A DNA stretch of 64,000 nt from contig OZ244207.1 of assembly GCA_965216875.1 (NCBI GenBank), positions 7,904,001-7,968,000 of the forward strand. The letters are read 5' to 3'. How positions within the stretch are numbered: position 1 is the stretch's first letter; the number at the start of each line of letters is the position of its first letter. Source of the DNA: Rubripirellula sp. GTDB taxonomy: Bacteria > Planctomycetota > Planctomycetia > Pirellulales > Pirellulaceae. The notes under the pieces are model-generated. The model was given only the letters and a program-made list of their open reading frames with translations, made no database searches and was not told the DNA's origin. This document shows, one piece after another, positions 29,701-38,140 of the stretch. The position numbers and the translations under genes were made by a program.

Positions 29701-32700
29701 CGCCACTGCCATCAGTTGTGACGGTCAGTGTACCGAGGAAAGTGTTGGCTTCCCCGTTGGTTGGGTCTTGCGAACCCGAAGCATTGCCGTAGAAATCGAT
29801 TCGGTAGGAGGTCGAGGCGACGCCCGTGTTCAAGCTTCCCGTAACGATGAGGTCGGTGCCAATCAGGCTCGCGATGGTCAGCAACGGAAAGTTCAACAGG
29901 TCATTGGCGCCAGTGTCACCGTCACCCGAATCGTTTGCGGTGACGCCGTCGTCACCCAGGTCGATTCCCAGGCCAGTATTGGAATGAATGGTGTTGCCAA
30001 GGAGCGTGGCTTCGGAGTCGCCGGTTGCCGCAATTCCGTCTTGCCCATTGTTCGCAATCAGGTTTCCTGCGCCCGCTGTCGTTCCACCGATTAGGTTGCC
30101 TGTCCCACCGTTGGCGTCGTCGATCAAGACACCGCTGCCGGTGTTCGCAAGCGCGGTCGTGCCATCGGCAGCCGTCCCGATGTAGTTACCTTGAACGACG
30201 TTGTTGGATCCGTCGATCGCGACGCCCCACGAGTTGTTTCCTGAGATCACGTTGCCTTCACCGGCGCCATCGCCACCCAGGGTGGTGCTGTCACCACTAA
30301 TCAACACGCCACCCCAAGCACCGATTCCGGCTTGACCGTTAGCAATCGCAGTCGTGCCATCGAAGTTCGTTCCGATGTAATTGCCTTGGATGGTGGTTCC
30401 CGTGACTCCGGCGCCGATCTCAATGCCTTCGTCGCCGTTGCCCGAGATCACGTTGCGATCCGATGCGTTGGTTCCGCCGATCACCGTGTTGTTGGCGCTA
30501 CTAGAAACGTGAATGCCGTCCGATCCATTGCCAACGGCGGCAGTCCCGGCCTGATTCAAACCGATGTAGTTGCTTCGAATTACATTTGCGGTACTCGAAG
30601 CTCCCGAGACGAGAATACCGTGTCCGGTGTTGCCAGAAATGACATTGCGAGCGGCGGTCGATCCGCCGATTGTATTGCTGTTGGCGCCCGACAGAATCTC
30701 GACGCCGTGGGTGGAGTTGGCGATCGCCCCCGTGCCATTGAGGTTCAAGCCAATGTAGTTGCCTTGAACGAGAGTCGCCGTCGTTGCAGCCCCACTGAGC
30801 GAGATACCGGCGAGCGTGTTGCCCGAAATCACGTTGCGATGATTTGCGGTGGTGCCCCCGATCGTGACGGCAGCTGTTTCAGAGACTTCGATCCCCGCGC
30901 CGCCATTGCCGAGGTCGGCCAGGCCGGTCGAGTCCGTTCCGATCAAGTTACCGGTGATCGTCGTTCCCGATCCGCCGCTTGAAATCGAGATCCCGGCGCC
31001 GGTGTTGCCCGAAATCACGTTCGCCGCTCCGGCGCTCAACCCGCCGATCGTTGTATTGGTCGCACCGGCACTCACGTGAACACCAGACAAACCGTTCGCA
31101 TAGGCCGTTGTGCCATCGTTGCCGATCGTGTTTCCTTCGATGACCGTGCCAGTGACGGGAACCGTGTGCGTCCCGTTGGTGGTTCCATCGACGAAGATCC
31201 CGTGCCCGGCGTGATTGCCGATGAGGTTGCCTTGGCCAGCACTGGGGCCACCGATTCGGTTGTTATCCGAACCGAGGCTGACAAGGATGCCATGACCAGC
31301 GGTAGCCGCTGCGGTGACGCCGTCCGCAAGGAATCCAATGATGTTGCCTTCAACAATGTTGTTGTCTGAATTGTTGAAGATCACAATCGACGCAAAGCCA
31401 GCGTTCGTACCCGCGATCACGTTGGCTTCGTTGACACCAGCGCCACCGATTTGATTGTTGCTGGCGCCCCAGGCCATCATGATGCCATGCTCGGCATTGC
31501 CATGGACGTTGTTTTCTAGGTCGATACCAACCCAGTTGTTTTGGACGGTGTTATTGTCGCCACCGTGAAGCTCAATGCCTTCATCAGGGGAACCGTGAAC
31601 CGAGAACCCTTTGATCGTGCTGTTGCTCGCACGCACATTGAAGATGGCATCGCCCGAAGCCATGCTTGACGCGTCAATCTCGATCACAGGCCGACCCGTT
31701 CCCGCGTTGTATCCGGACTGTGTGGTCGCATCGATGATCACCGAGTCGGTGATGTCGCCAAGGAAGGTCGATTGATTGATTTCCCAATACTCGTCCCCGT
31801 TGGCGGGGATCGCGTCCGGGTCAACGTAGCCAGCATCTGAGGTGCTGATGTCGAAATAGATCTCGTCGGGGCCGCCGTTGTTTGTGGTGTTGTTGGCGGC
31901 CTGGATCGCTTCGATCAGCGAGATCTCGCCATCGGCACCGCGGTCAAGCAACAGAGCCGAGATGGAGCTGGTGTCACCGTCGGCTTGGTCACTTGTCGTT
32001 GTCACATACAGGCGTGATTCCCAAGTCCCGCCAAATTGCACGTTTCCAAACAAGCTCGGGTTGGACCAGGCCCACGACGTTTCATCGTTCCATAAGAGGT
32101 GTCCATCGCGTGCTCCACCGTCGTCGTCATCATTATGCTGGACGTCGATGCCAATGAACTGGCCCTCGTTGGGCGTGATGCCAAGGGTCGACCAAGGAAC
32201 TTCAACCTCGAAAACGCCTGAGCCTCCCGATTCATTCATGACCCAAGAGACACCCGTCGTGTCGGTCACCGAACCGCTCGCTACTGTGAGCGCGCCATCG
32301 GATACTTGAAAAACAACGTGGAAGTCATCGACTAGATCGTAGTCCGAGTTGCTGCTGAAGTCGGGGTTGATGTAAAGCTCGATCGAGTCGTCGTCCCATG
32401 GATTGGTCGAGTCGTCGACGATCACGTCATCGGTGAATTCCACCAGGACATACAGGTGCGTGTCGGTCGCCATTGCACGCCATGACGATGTCAAGTCAGC
32501 GCCGTTGTCGATCGTTCCATTCTGGTGAGTGATGGAATGTGTGGTAACGTTCGACCAGGCCGCATCGACCGTTCCGTCGACGGTCGGTCCTGAGGCCGCG
32601 ATGTTGAGCTGAGCATCAGCGAAGATCGGCATCAAAGCCAAACTGTGAATTTCTTCGTCTGCCGTATCCAGATCCATTTCGTTGCCGGCAAGCAACATCG

Positions 32701-34963
32701 TTGTGGAACCGATGCTGGTCGCGCCCGCTTGGGTCAGATCGAGTGCGACGATATCGTGTGGTTGGGTCGAAAGACCGCCAGGATCGTCAGCATCGGTAAA
32801 GGTCCAGAGCAGCGAACCGTCTCGCAAGGTCGTGCCACCGATCGTCGGCGTGCCCGATACCAGGTGCAAGCCAACGGTGCGGTTGGTGGTGTTGACATTG
32901 AGGTCACTCGAATCGATGAAGAGCGACGACGAGCCGACAGAGTTGCTGCCAGCGGTGGTGATTTGCCATCGCGAAACGTCTTCTCCGTCTTCGGCGACAA
33001 GCAGGTCGCCAGCATTCAGGGCCACGCCACCAACGGTGACTGCCGATTCGACAACCGTGATCGCTTGAGCGTCGCTGGTGACACCGATGTCGCTGCCGTC
33101 GATCAACAGAAAGAAGGTTCCGCTGCTCAGATCACCTGGCGTGGTGGGGCGAAAAACAAGGATGTCTTCGTCCGCGACGGCGATACCCGAAATGGTCTCG
33201 TCGGTTGCGGTCGAAAAGAGCACGTCACCTGCAAGTAGCGCCGTTCCGCCAACGGTGACATCGTTGCCAACGTAGTGGATCGCATTGATGTCGGCATCGC
33301 CATCACTCACGTGAGGGTTGAGGTCAAAGACACTTTCGACCGTGCCAAGGGAGGCACCTGGCTCATAGGTGGCTCCGCCAAGACGCAGGATTTCTGCAGC
33401 CTCCCAGTTCGCAAGGCCGTACGTGTTGCTGCCCGTGACGTCGCTGTTGGTGGTGAACAGTAACTCATGCGTCATTCGATCGGGCTGTAGGTACAGTTCA
33501 CGCACGTCGCCTTCGACCAAACCACGGTCGTAAACTCGGAGGTCATCGATCAGTCCATTGAATTCACCTTGGACGGTGCCAGAGTTGTAGGCGCCGATTG
33601 TTGCGGTCGTGAGTCCCTCGAGGTCATCCAGGAAGACGTTCGTCGTATCACTGCCCTCGCTATAGGTTCGTTCCGACGCTTCAAGTTCCTTGCCATTAAT
33701 GTATAGACGGCTTCCGGATGACGTCACGGTGACTGCGACATGGTGCCAGTTGCCATCGTTGATGGTGGCGTTTGATTCGACGCGTAGCGAATAGCTTTCA
33801 TCAATCGAAACGTCGAACTTGAGTTTGCCGCTGTCGAGATAGAACGACATGAAGTCGTCCGTTTCGCTGCCGTCGCCAATGTCGAAGATCGTGCTTACGT
33901 TCGAGCTTGTCGTGTTGATCCAAGCAGAGAACGTTCCTTCTGAAAGCGACGCAAAGGAACTGACGTGAGCCGAGGCGTCAACGCAATCGAGCGTTCCGTC
34001 AAGGCTCAAGTGTCCGTCGCCAATCTGGCTATGAATACTGTCTACGACCGTTGCATTGTCGGTAAGCACTCCGTCGTTGGATCCGGCGCTGTCGCTGGCG
34101 TCCGTTTCGAATTCCCAGTGCGCCGTCAGTCCCGTTTGTATGTCAAGCAGAGACATCCATTGGCTTCGTGCGATCGAGGTGAACGCGACTTCCGTTTCGA
34201 CCACACCGACGGTGTATTCCAGGTCCCAGTCACCGCCAAGGGATTCATGTCCGGTTTGGTCGTCGCTGGCGGCAACATCACACTCGCAAAGAACGCTCAA
34301 CGCATCGATCAGCTGGCGGCCATCGACCGAAGCGGCCAAATCACATCCATAAATCAGAAGGTCGGCATCGGTGTCAAGTGAGTCGGCCCAGCCTGCGATT
34401 TGTCCGGCATAGGCATGTGCCGATTCAATATCCAAATGCGTGCGACCGAGTTGGATTCCTTCGCCATCGCTGTGACTAAGGATGTGAACAGCATCGACTC
34501 CGGAGAGCGAAGCCAAGGTCGACGAAATCGTTTCGACTCCATCTTGTTCGAGAGAGATCGAGACGACGAGCCACTGGGTTTCGTCGTCACCATCGCCCCT
34601 CAGACCGTCGATCAGCGTCTGAGCATCATCAACATTTGAATCGACAAAGACGACTTCAAGGGGAAGTGCCGGGTCGAAAATCGGTTGTTGGTCAAGCGGG
34701 GTCGCCTCGAAGTCCTGGTCAGGTTCGGGCGGTTCAATGTACGGCAGCTCTAAAAATCGATCGGGATCGTGCTGCTGTGCGTCGATCTCTTGCAGCATTA
34801 AATCGACATCGGGCGCAGGCGGATCGATTGCCTCTGCCGGCCCCTCGCCATTCAAGAGGACACGGTCCTCGAGCAAGTAGAAGTTGATCGCGCGTCGCGC
34901 ATTACGGTTTTCAGGGGTGCGGTTTCGTCTGCCCACGATCGACTTCCACTGCAAAAAAATCAT
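20795..34963 (-). CDS. Giant (~4720 aa) repetitive surface/adhesin-like protein: LEDR motif, DUF4347, LamG, CBM9-like, beta-helix, cadherin-like/Ig repeats, Pro-Glu/Asp linker, hydrophobic C-terminal motif
   Basis: LLEDRVLL; VHILSH/LLIYGC/GGDWDLE; WHHVAVT..IDDLRVY (LamG); WDDDSIELY..IGIDV (CBM9-like); many 'NVISGN..GNYIG' beta-helix turns; DVNE/AIDRE cadherin motifs. Start is ATG 34963 or the alternative at 34984. Confidence 0.9.
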   Translation of the reverse strand: MIFLQWKSIVGRRNRTPENRNARRAINFYLLEDRVLLNGEGPAEAIDPPAPDVDLMLQEIDAQQHDPDRFLELPYIEPPEPDQDFEATPLDQQPIFDPALPLEVVFVDSNVDDAQTLIDGLRGDGDDETQWLVVSISLEQDGVETISSTLASLSGVDAVHILSHSDGEGIQLGRTHLDIESAHAYAGQIAGWADSLDTDADLLIYGCDLAASVDGRQLIDALSVLCECDVAASDDQTGHESLGGDWDLEYTVGVVETEVAFTSIARSQWMSLLDIQTGLTAHWEFETDASDSAGSNDGVLTDNATVVDSIHSQIGDGHLSLDGTLDCVDASAHVSSFASLSEGTFSAWINTTSSNVSTIFDIGDGSETDDFMSFYLDSGKLKFDVSIDESYSLRVESNATINDGNWHHVAVTVTSSGSRLYINGKELEASERTYSEGSDTTNVFLDDLEGLTTATIGAYNSGTVQGEFNGLIDDLRVYDRGLVEGDVRELYLQPDRMTHELLFTTNSDVTGSNTYGLANWEAAEILRLGGATYEPGASLGTVESVFDLNPHVSDGDADINAIHYVGNDVTVGGTALLAGDVLFSTATDETISGIAVADEDILVFRPTTPGDLSSGTFFLLIDGSDIGVTSDAQAITVVESAVTVGGVALNAGDLLVAEDGEDVSRWQITTAGSNSVGSSSLFIDSSDLNVNTTNRTVGLHLVSGTPTIGGTTLRDGSLLWTFTDADDPGGLSTQPHDIVALDLTQAGATSIGSTTMLLAGNEMDLDTADEEIHSLALMPIFADAQLNIAASGPTVDGTVDAAWSNVTTHSITHQNGTIDNGADLTSSWRAMATDTHLYVLVEFTDDVIVDDSTNPWDDDSIELYINPDFSSNSDYDLVDDFHVVFQVSDGALTVASGSVTDTTGVSWVMNESGGSGVFEVEVPWSTLGITPNEGQFIGIDVQHNDDDDGGARDGHLLWNDETSWAWSNPSLFGNVQFGGTWESRLYVTTTSDQADGDTSSISALLLDRGADGEISLIEAIQAANNTTNNGGPDEIYFDISTSDAGYVDPDAIPANGDEYWEINQSTFLGDITDSVIIDATTQSGYNAGTGRPVIEIDASSMASGDAIFNVRASNSTIKGFSVHGSPDEGIELHGGDNNTVQNNWVGIDLENNVHGNAEHGIMMAWGASNNQIGGAGVNEANVIAGTNAGFASIVIFNNSDNNIVEGNIIGFLADGVTAAATAGHGILVSLGSDNNRIGGPSAGQGNLIGNHAGHGIFVDGTTNGTHTVPVTGTVIEGNTIGNDGTTAYANGLSGVHVSAGATNTTIGGLSAGAANVISGNTGAGISISSGGSGTTITGNLIGTDSTGLADLGNGGAGIEVSETAAVTIGGTTANHRNVISGNTLAGISLSGAATTATLVQGNYIGLNLNGTGAIANSTHGVEILSGANSNTIGGSTAARNVISGNTGHGILVSGASSTANVIRSNYIGLNQAGTAAVGNGSDGIHVSSSANNTVIGGTNASDRNVISGNGDEGIEIGAGVTGTTIQGNYIGTNFDGTTAIANGQAGIGAWGGVLISGDSTTLGGDGAGEGNVISGNNSWGVAIDGSNNVVQGNYIGTAADGTTALANTGSGVLIDDANGGTGNLIGGTTAGAGNLIANNGQDGIAATGDSEATLLGNTIHSNTGLGIDLGDDGVTANDSGDGDTGANDLLNFPLLTIASLIGTDLIVTGSLNTGVASTSYRIDFYGNASGSQDPTNGEANTFLGTLTVTTDGSGDASFSAQTISGVTLAIGDYVTATATEIEAPGMVGVDDLAAYGATSEFADNITITPNQSPTVINNGATVVEGSSGNTLTTAMLNESDPDDDGSDLTYTVTNVTDHGTLFLSGFGALGLNDTFTQADIDAGNVTYDHAGGEASTDSFDFSLADGGEGGSSPHTGTFTFTISGVNDDPTNDGSLPASVTVTEDVSTTVDLSAVDFADVDAGGSDTLTVTLTTSTGGNLSAAAMAGITFGGTPTALTITGTLADLNTYFNNTSNLSYLHGTSNTNGSGADSIQVEINDNGNTGTGGGTDIDLGSVAVDITATNDDPTNDGSLPASVTVTEDVSTTIDLSAVDFADIDAGGSDTLTVTLTTSTGGNLSGAAMAGISFGGTPSALTITGTLADLNTYFNNTSNLSYLHGTANTFGSGADSIQVEINDNGNTGTGGGTDIDLGTVSVDISGINDDPTNDGSLPASVTATEDVSTTIDLSAVDFADVDAGGSDTLTVTLTTSTGGNLSGAAMAGITFGGTPTALTISGTLADLNTYFNNTSNLSYLHGTSNTNGSGADSIQVKINDNGNTGTGGGTDIDLGSVAVDITATNDDPTNDGSLPASVTVTEDVSTTIDLSAVDFADIDAGGSDTLTVTLTTSTGGNLSGAAMAGITFGGTPTALTITGTLTDLNTYFNNTSNLSYLHGTPHTFGTGADSIQVEINDNGNTGTGGGTDIDLGSVSVDISGVNDDPTNDGSLPASVTVTEDVSTTIDLSAVDFADVDAGGSDTLTVTLTTSTGGNLSAAAMAGITFGGTPTALTITGTLADLNTYFNNTSNLSYLHGTSNTNGSGADSIQVEINDNGNTGTGGGTDIDLGSVAVDITATNDDPTNDGSLPASVTVTEDISTTIDLSAVDFADIDAGGSDTLTVTLTTSTGGNLSGAAMAGITFGGTPTALTITGTLADLNTYFNNTSNLSYLHGTANTFGSGADSIQVEINDNGNTGTGGGTDIDLGSVAVDISAVNDDPTNDGSLPASVTVTEDVSTTIDLSAVDFADVDAGGSDTLTVTLTTSTGGNLSASAMAGITFGGTPTALTITGTLADLNTYFNNTSNLSYLHGTSNTNGSGADSIQVEINDNGNTGTGGGTDIDLGSVAVDITATNDDPTNDGSLPASVTVTEDVSTTIDLSAVDFADIDAGGSDTLTVTLTTSTGGNLSGAAMAGITFGGTPTALTITGTLTDLNTYFNNTSNLSYLHGTANTFGTGADSIQVEINDNGNTGTGGGTDIDLGTVSVDISGVNDDPTNDGTLPASVTVTEDVSTTIDLSAVDFADVDAGGSDTLTVTLTTSTGGNLSAAAMAGITFGGTPTALTITGTLADLNTYFNNTSNLSYLHGTSNTNGSGADSIQVEINDNGNTGTGGGTDIDLGSVAVDITATNDDPTNDGSLPASVTVTEDVSTTIDLSAVDFADIDAGGSDTLTVTLTTSTGGNLSGAAMAGISFGGTPTALTITGTLADLNTYFNNTSNLSYLHGTANTFGTGADSIQVEINDNGNTGTGGGTDIDLGSVSVDISGVNDDPTNDGSLPASVTVTEDMSTTIDLSAVDFADVDAGGSDTLTVTLTTSTGGNLSGAAMAGITFGGTPTALTITGTLADLNTYFNNTSNLSYLHGTSNTNGSGADSIQVEINDNGNTGTGGGTDIDLGSVAVDITATNDDPTNDGSLPASVTVTEDVSTTIDLSAVDFADIDAGGSDTLTVTLTTSTGGNLSGAAMAGISFGGTPSALTITGTLADLNTYFNNTSNLSYLHGTANTFGSGADSIQVEINDNGNTGTGGGTDIDLGSVSVDISGVNDDPTNDGSLPASVTVTEDVSTTIDLSAVDFADVDAGGSDTLTVTLTTSTGGNLSAAAMAGITFGGTPTALTITGTLADLNTYFNNTSNLSYLHGTSNTNGSGADSIQVEINDNGNTGTGGGTDIDLGSVAVDITATNDDPTNNGSLPATVSAIEDVSSTIDLSAVDFGDIDAGVSDTLTVTLTTSTGGNLSGAAMAGISFGGTPSALTITGTLADLNTYFNNTSNLSYLHSVPATSGVGADSIQVEINDNGNTGTGGGTDINLGSVSVDIGGVNNDPTNDGSLPASVTVTEDAATSIDLSAVDFADIDAGASDLLTVTLSTSTGGNLTAATMAGITLGGTPSAITLTGTLTDLNTYFNNTSNLSYQHTTLNLNGVGADSIQVEINDNGNTGAGGGTDIDLGSISVDITAVNDSPTVILNGPTFVEGSTGNTITTAMLAESDVDDAGAGLTYTITNVTDNGTLFLAGFGALGLNDTFTQADIDAGLVTYDHDGTETNSDAFSFSLADGGEDGAVPATGTLNIAITLINDNAITSVSDSDGGADFVLENSTIGATVGVTAFADDLDVGDTVTYTLDDNDGGRFAIDLNSGIVTVAGAIDRELDGATRSITVRATSTDGSFQTQSFTISIGDVNEFAVSSTTDIDATGNNVNENATVGTTVGITASASDADATNNNVTYTLDDDDGGRFAIDLNSGVVTVAGSIDRELDGASRNITVRSTSSDGSSTTSVFVIAINDVNESPVGSVSDVDGSANSVAENAITGTVVGITGSAIDPDASDSITYSLADSAGGRFAIDSASGVVTVVGGLDHETDTSHNITVRATSSDGSFSDGVFSINITDVNEAPIANNDSYSTTSGSSMVVGTPGVLVNDFDPEGDPMMAILVTPPTHGNVTVLANGTINYTSDAGFVGVDTLTYQVSDGSLLGNIVTVEITVIGGVPDPDPEPDPDPEPDPEPEPDPEPDPEPDPEPDPEPETEDDSLDGDESPADSGTTVGVAPQSISAKERAAKERMPGDMSPEEERANAAKRLRDAAMEAASRGYSGDLSRLEFSSQQYSAEIEMLERLLHLDMEQAIVWQQWDEAQEDFGQTPMSYFVGTAGAGAGVFSVGYVLWALRGGAFMTAVASSMPAWRMIDPTSLLTAYRTARGKDGLDRFLG
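21341..21448 (-). repeat. In-frame (PD/PE)n low-complexity linker of the giant protein
   Basis: PDPDPEPDPDPEPDPEPEPDPEPDPEPDPEPDPEPE, 6/12-bp periodicity. Confidence 0.9.
23024..29188 (-). repeat. 15 tandem in-frame 411-bp (137-aa) cadherin/Ig-like repeats
   Basis: Units begin NDDPTNDGSLPASVTVTED; antisense shadow ORFs recur every 411 bp from 23190 to 28944. Confidence 0.96.
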
Positions 34964-35306
34964 CAAGTGTGCAGCTTCATACACACTGCACCAATCAAAA
35001 CTTAGGTCACTTTCGGACCACCGGTGGGGGATTTACTGGTTCAATCGGAATGTTGCGAAATTGGCGATGGTGCGGAACGACACAATCCGCTCATAGTCAA
35101 TCGCTCCCCCCATGCTAAGGACGCTGCGAATCTGTAGGGCTTGGGGTTCTTCTGCGGCCTTTGCCGAATGCTCATGCCGTATCAGTCTTGCGCACGCAAT
35201 TTCGGCACAGACCGTGCCACCGATACTGGGGATCGAACCGATGAGCGAATGGAGGGGCTGCGCGTAGCCACAGGTCTGCGCGTCCGCCATAGGGGTACGA
35301 AAACAT

Positions 35307-37148
35307 TTGTGGGCAGAAATGTTTAGCCGGCGAATGCGCAAAATGGTCTACACGGCGGTGATCGTTGCGGTTGCAACGATGCCAATGTGGTTCTGCGCGC
35401 ACTCGGTACATGCCCAAACACGATTGCCGGCTGTGGCTCGGCCCGTGAAACTGCCCGCCGTGAAACCCAGCGGCGCGGACAGCTCGGCGGCGACTCCTAC
35501 CTTCATTGCCAGCACCGATTCCACGAGGTTGGATTGGTGGAACGAGAAGGTGAGCGCAAGTTTGCTCGACCAGCCGCGCTGGGTCACCTTTGATCTGCAA
35601 ACCGTCTTGCTCGATACGCTTACCATGAGCCCCCGCATCAAGGGCGTCTCACAACGGACCAGCGTTGCACTCGAACAAATCGTCCAGCAGGACGCGGCAT
35701 TCGATCCGTCGATTCTGTTTGATGGAAAGATCGGACGAACGAATGATCCCGTTGGCAACTCACTCATTACGGGCGGACCTCCAAGGTTGATCGAAGAGTC
35801 CTTGACGTTGCGCGGGGGTATGCAGCGAACGACTCGTCGAGGCACCGAGATCAATCTCAACCAAGAGATCGGACTGCTCGACAGTAACAGCAACTTCTTC
35901 GAGCCGGCACGACAAGCCAACGCGCGACTGAGTTTGAGTTTGACGCAACCACTCCTGGGACGCGGTGGGCGGGTCTATAACGAGCGTCTTTTGACGCAAG
36001 CACGGATCGACAGTAAATCGAGTTGGCAAGAAATGCGTGGCGAGGTCGAAAACCGCATTGCGGAAGTGATCGATGCGTATTGGCGACTCTACGAGCTCCG
36101 CTGCCAATGGATGCAGCAACATGAACTGCTTAAACGCGGCAAGCGGATCGAGGACATCTTGCAGGGACGTGAGGAGTTCGACGCGTCACGCATCGAGCTT
36201 GCCAAAGCACGCGGTCGCGTTGCACGTCGCGTCGATCGCCAGTTGCTGATCGAAGCGGAAATCCAGAAACAACAATCAAGGCTGGCGTCGTTGGTCGGAA
36301 GCGAAGAGCTGGCGATGGCCGATGGGCAATTGGAAATGATCCCGTTGCAATCGCCCGTGATCCCAGCGATCGATATCGAACTTCGCGACGCGGTCGTGCG
36401 TGGGATCGAAAACCGCCCCGAAATCCGGGTCGCTACCGCGGATTTGGAATCGGCAGCGCTGGCAATCGAAGTCACACGGACTGAGCTGATGCCCGAATTG
36501 ACCGGCATCATCGACACTTACTTGATGGGGCTCAATGGTCGTTACAACGTTGGCGAGTCGCTCACCGATCAATTCACTCGCGGCGGTCCTGGCATCTCGG
36601 CCGGACTTCAGTACGAGTTGCCGCGCGGTAGGCGTGCGGCTCGCTCGCGCCACCGCGAGGCGCATCATCTGTACCAGCAACGCAGTGAAGAGCTGCGTGA
36701 AACGATCCAGCTTGCCCGCGCCGAGATCGAAACGGCTTTGATCAACGCCAACCTGGCCCTTGCCCAACAACAAACCAAACGTCGCCTGTTGACCACCGCG
36801 ATGGAAGAGGAAACCGTGCTGACACGTCGTTGGGAAATGATGGGTGGTGACGGGGCAGCCGTCGGTACGGTGCTCGAAAACCTACTCGACGCCCAGCAGC
36901 GTCGGACCGATGCAGAGCGTGAGTGGACAACCGCCCAGATTCGCTACCTGACGTCGCTTGTGGAATTGCAAAGGGCGATGGGGACACTCTTGATTCGCGA
37001 AGGCATTCAACCGATTCGCAGTCATTGCGACAACTCGATTGAGTTCATTCATTCGCAAGCCGGCGAAAAACCGCTTCATACGACTCCCGTTCCGGAAATT
37101 TCGAAAGAGCAATTTGACGCTCTGATCAACGACGAGGTGACTCGATGA
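35307..37148 (+). CDS. TolC family outer-membrane efflux protein
   Basis: Signal-like N-terminus; LSLTQPLLGRGG, AYWRL, ENRPEI, LLDAQQRR..YLTSLVELQRAMGTLL. Start may be 35334-35343. Confidence 0.88.
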   Translation: MWAEMFSRRMRKMVYTAVIVAVATMPMWFCAHSVHAQTRLPAVARPVKLPAVKPSGADSSAATPTFIASTDSTRLDWWNEKVSASLLDQPRWVTFDLQTVLLDTLTMSPRIKGVSQRTSVALEQIVQQDAAFDPSILFDGKIGRTNDPVGNSLITGGPPRLIEESLTLRGGMQRTTRRGTEINLNQEIGLLDSNSNFFEPARQANARLSLSLTQPLLGRGGRVYNERLLTQARIDSKSSWQEMRGEVENRIAEVIDAYWRLYELRCQWMQQHELLKRGKRIEDILQGREEFDASRIELAKARGRVARRVDRQLLIEAEIQKQQSRLASLVGSEELAMADGQLEMIPLQSPVIPAIDIELRDAVVRGIENRPEIRVATADLESAALAIEVTRTELMPELTGIIDTYLMGLNGRYNVGESLTDQFTRGGPGISAGLQYELPRGRRAARSRHREAHHLYQQRSEELRETIQLARAEIETALINANLALAQQQTKRRLLTTAMEEETVLTRRWEMMGGDGAAVGTVLENLLDAQQRRTDAEREWTTAQIRYLTSLVELQRAMGTLLIREGIQPIRSHCDNSIEFIHSQAGEKPLHTTPVPEISKEQFDALINDEVTR

Positions 37149-38140
37149 GAACTGAGCCAACAGTAGGTGAATTCCGGTCCAAACACATTCGTGCTTTGGC
37201 GATCGCGTCTCGCACAGGAATCGATAAGCGTTACATGGTGGCTACCGCCGTGTTGTGGACGCTCATGGTGCTTGTCGCGACTTCAGCACAAGCTCAAACG
37301 CGCGAGCATTCCGGAAGTATGGCTTCGATGTTGTACGAAGGGTTCACCGAGCCACTGCACGATATCCAAGTCGCCGCGGCCGAGATTGGACGCCTTGAAA
37401 CGATCGATGTCAAAGTTGGCCAACGTGTGCAGTCCGGCCAAGTACTTGGGAAGCTCGAGGACTCGCTTCAGCAGGCGGCCGTCAAGATCGCCACATTGCA
37501 AAGTTCACTGGTGGGCGAGCTGGAAGCGGCCAAGGCAGAGGTCAAGCTAAACCAATCTCGCACCGACAAGCTTCGCAAACTTGCTCAGGACCGACTCGCT
37601 CGCCCAGATGAGCTGACACGAGCCGAAACCGAGTTGCAGATCTCGTTGGCGCGGCAACTTGCTGCCGAAGAGCAACTCAAGATGAGAGTCGCCGAACTTG
37701 AGCGTTACAAGTTGCAACTCGAACGCCGCAAGATTCGTAGCCCGATGACAGGTGTGATTTCGAAAATCTACCACCAACCCGGCGAGTACATCACTCCTGG
37801 AGACCCTGCCATCATCCGATTGTTGGTGATGGACCGGCTCTACGCGGTGTTTAACGTTCCAGTTGAAGATGTTGTTGGCGTCCAGCCGGGCACCGATGCT
37901 CGCATCTACTTGCGAAGTAGTGGGGTCACCATCGATGCAAAGGTTTCGACGGTGGCACCCGACATCGACGGCGAAAGTGGGACGGTGCAGATCCGAGTCG
38001 AGCTCGACAATGCCAAGGGTACGTTGCTGGCCGGTGACCGATGCACGCTACAGCTGATGCGCACGCATCCGATGTCGCAACGCAGTGCGTTCAACGGTTT
38101 GACACCCCTCCCTCATGTGCAAGGAGCGGATCGGCGATGA
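37145..38140 (+). CDS. Efflux periplasmic adaptor (MFP/HlyD family)
   Basis: GRLETIDVKVGQRVQSGQVL, IRSPMTGVI, PDIDGESGTVQIRVELDN; ATGA overlap with tolC. Confidence 0.9.
   Translation: MRTEPTVGEFRSKHIRALAIASRTGIDKRYMVATAVLWTLMVLVATSAQAQTREHSGSMASMLYEGFTEPLHDIQVAAAEIGRLETIDVKVGQRVQSGQVLGKLEDSLQQAAVKIATLQSSLVGELEAAKAEVKLNQSRTDKLRKLAQDRLARPDELTRAETELQISLARQLAAEEQLKMRVAELERYKLQLERRKIRSPMTGVISKIYHQPGEYITPGDPAIIRLLVMDRLYAVFNVPVEDVVGVQPGTDARIYLRSSGVTIDAKVSTVAPDIDGESGTVQIRVELDNAKGTLLAGDRCTLQLMRTHPMSQRSAFNGLTPLPHVQGADRR

Noticed and set aside
34953..34959. T7 run just after the giant gene's start as a phase-variation switch
   Set aside because: Too short to be distinctive, and no evidence of length variation.
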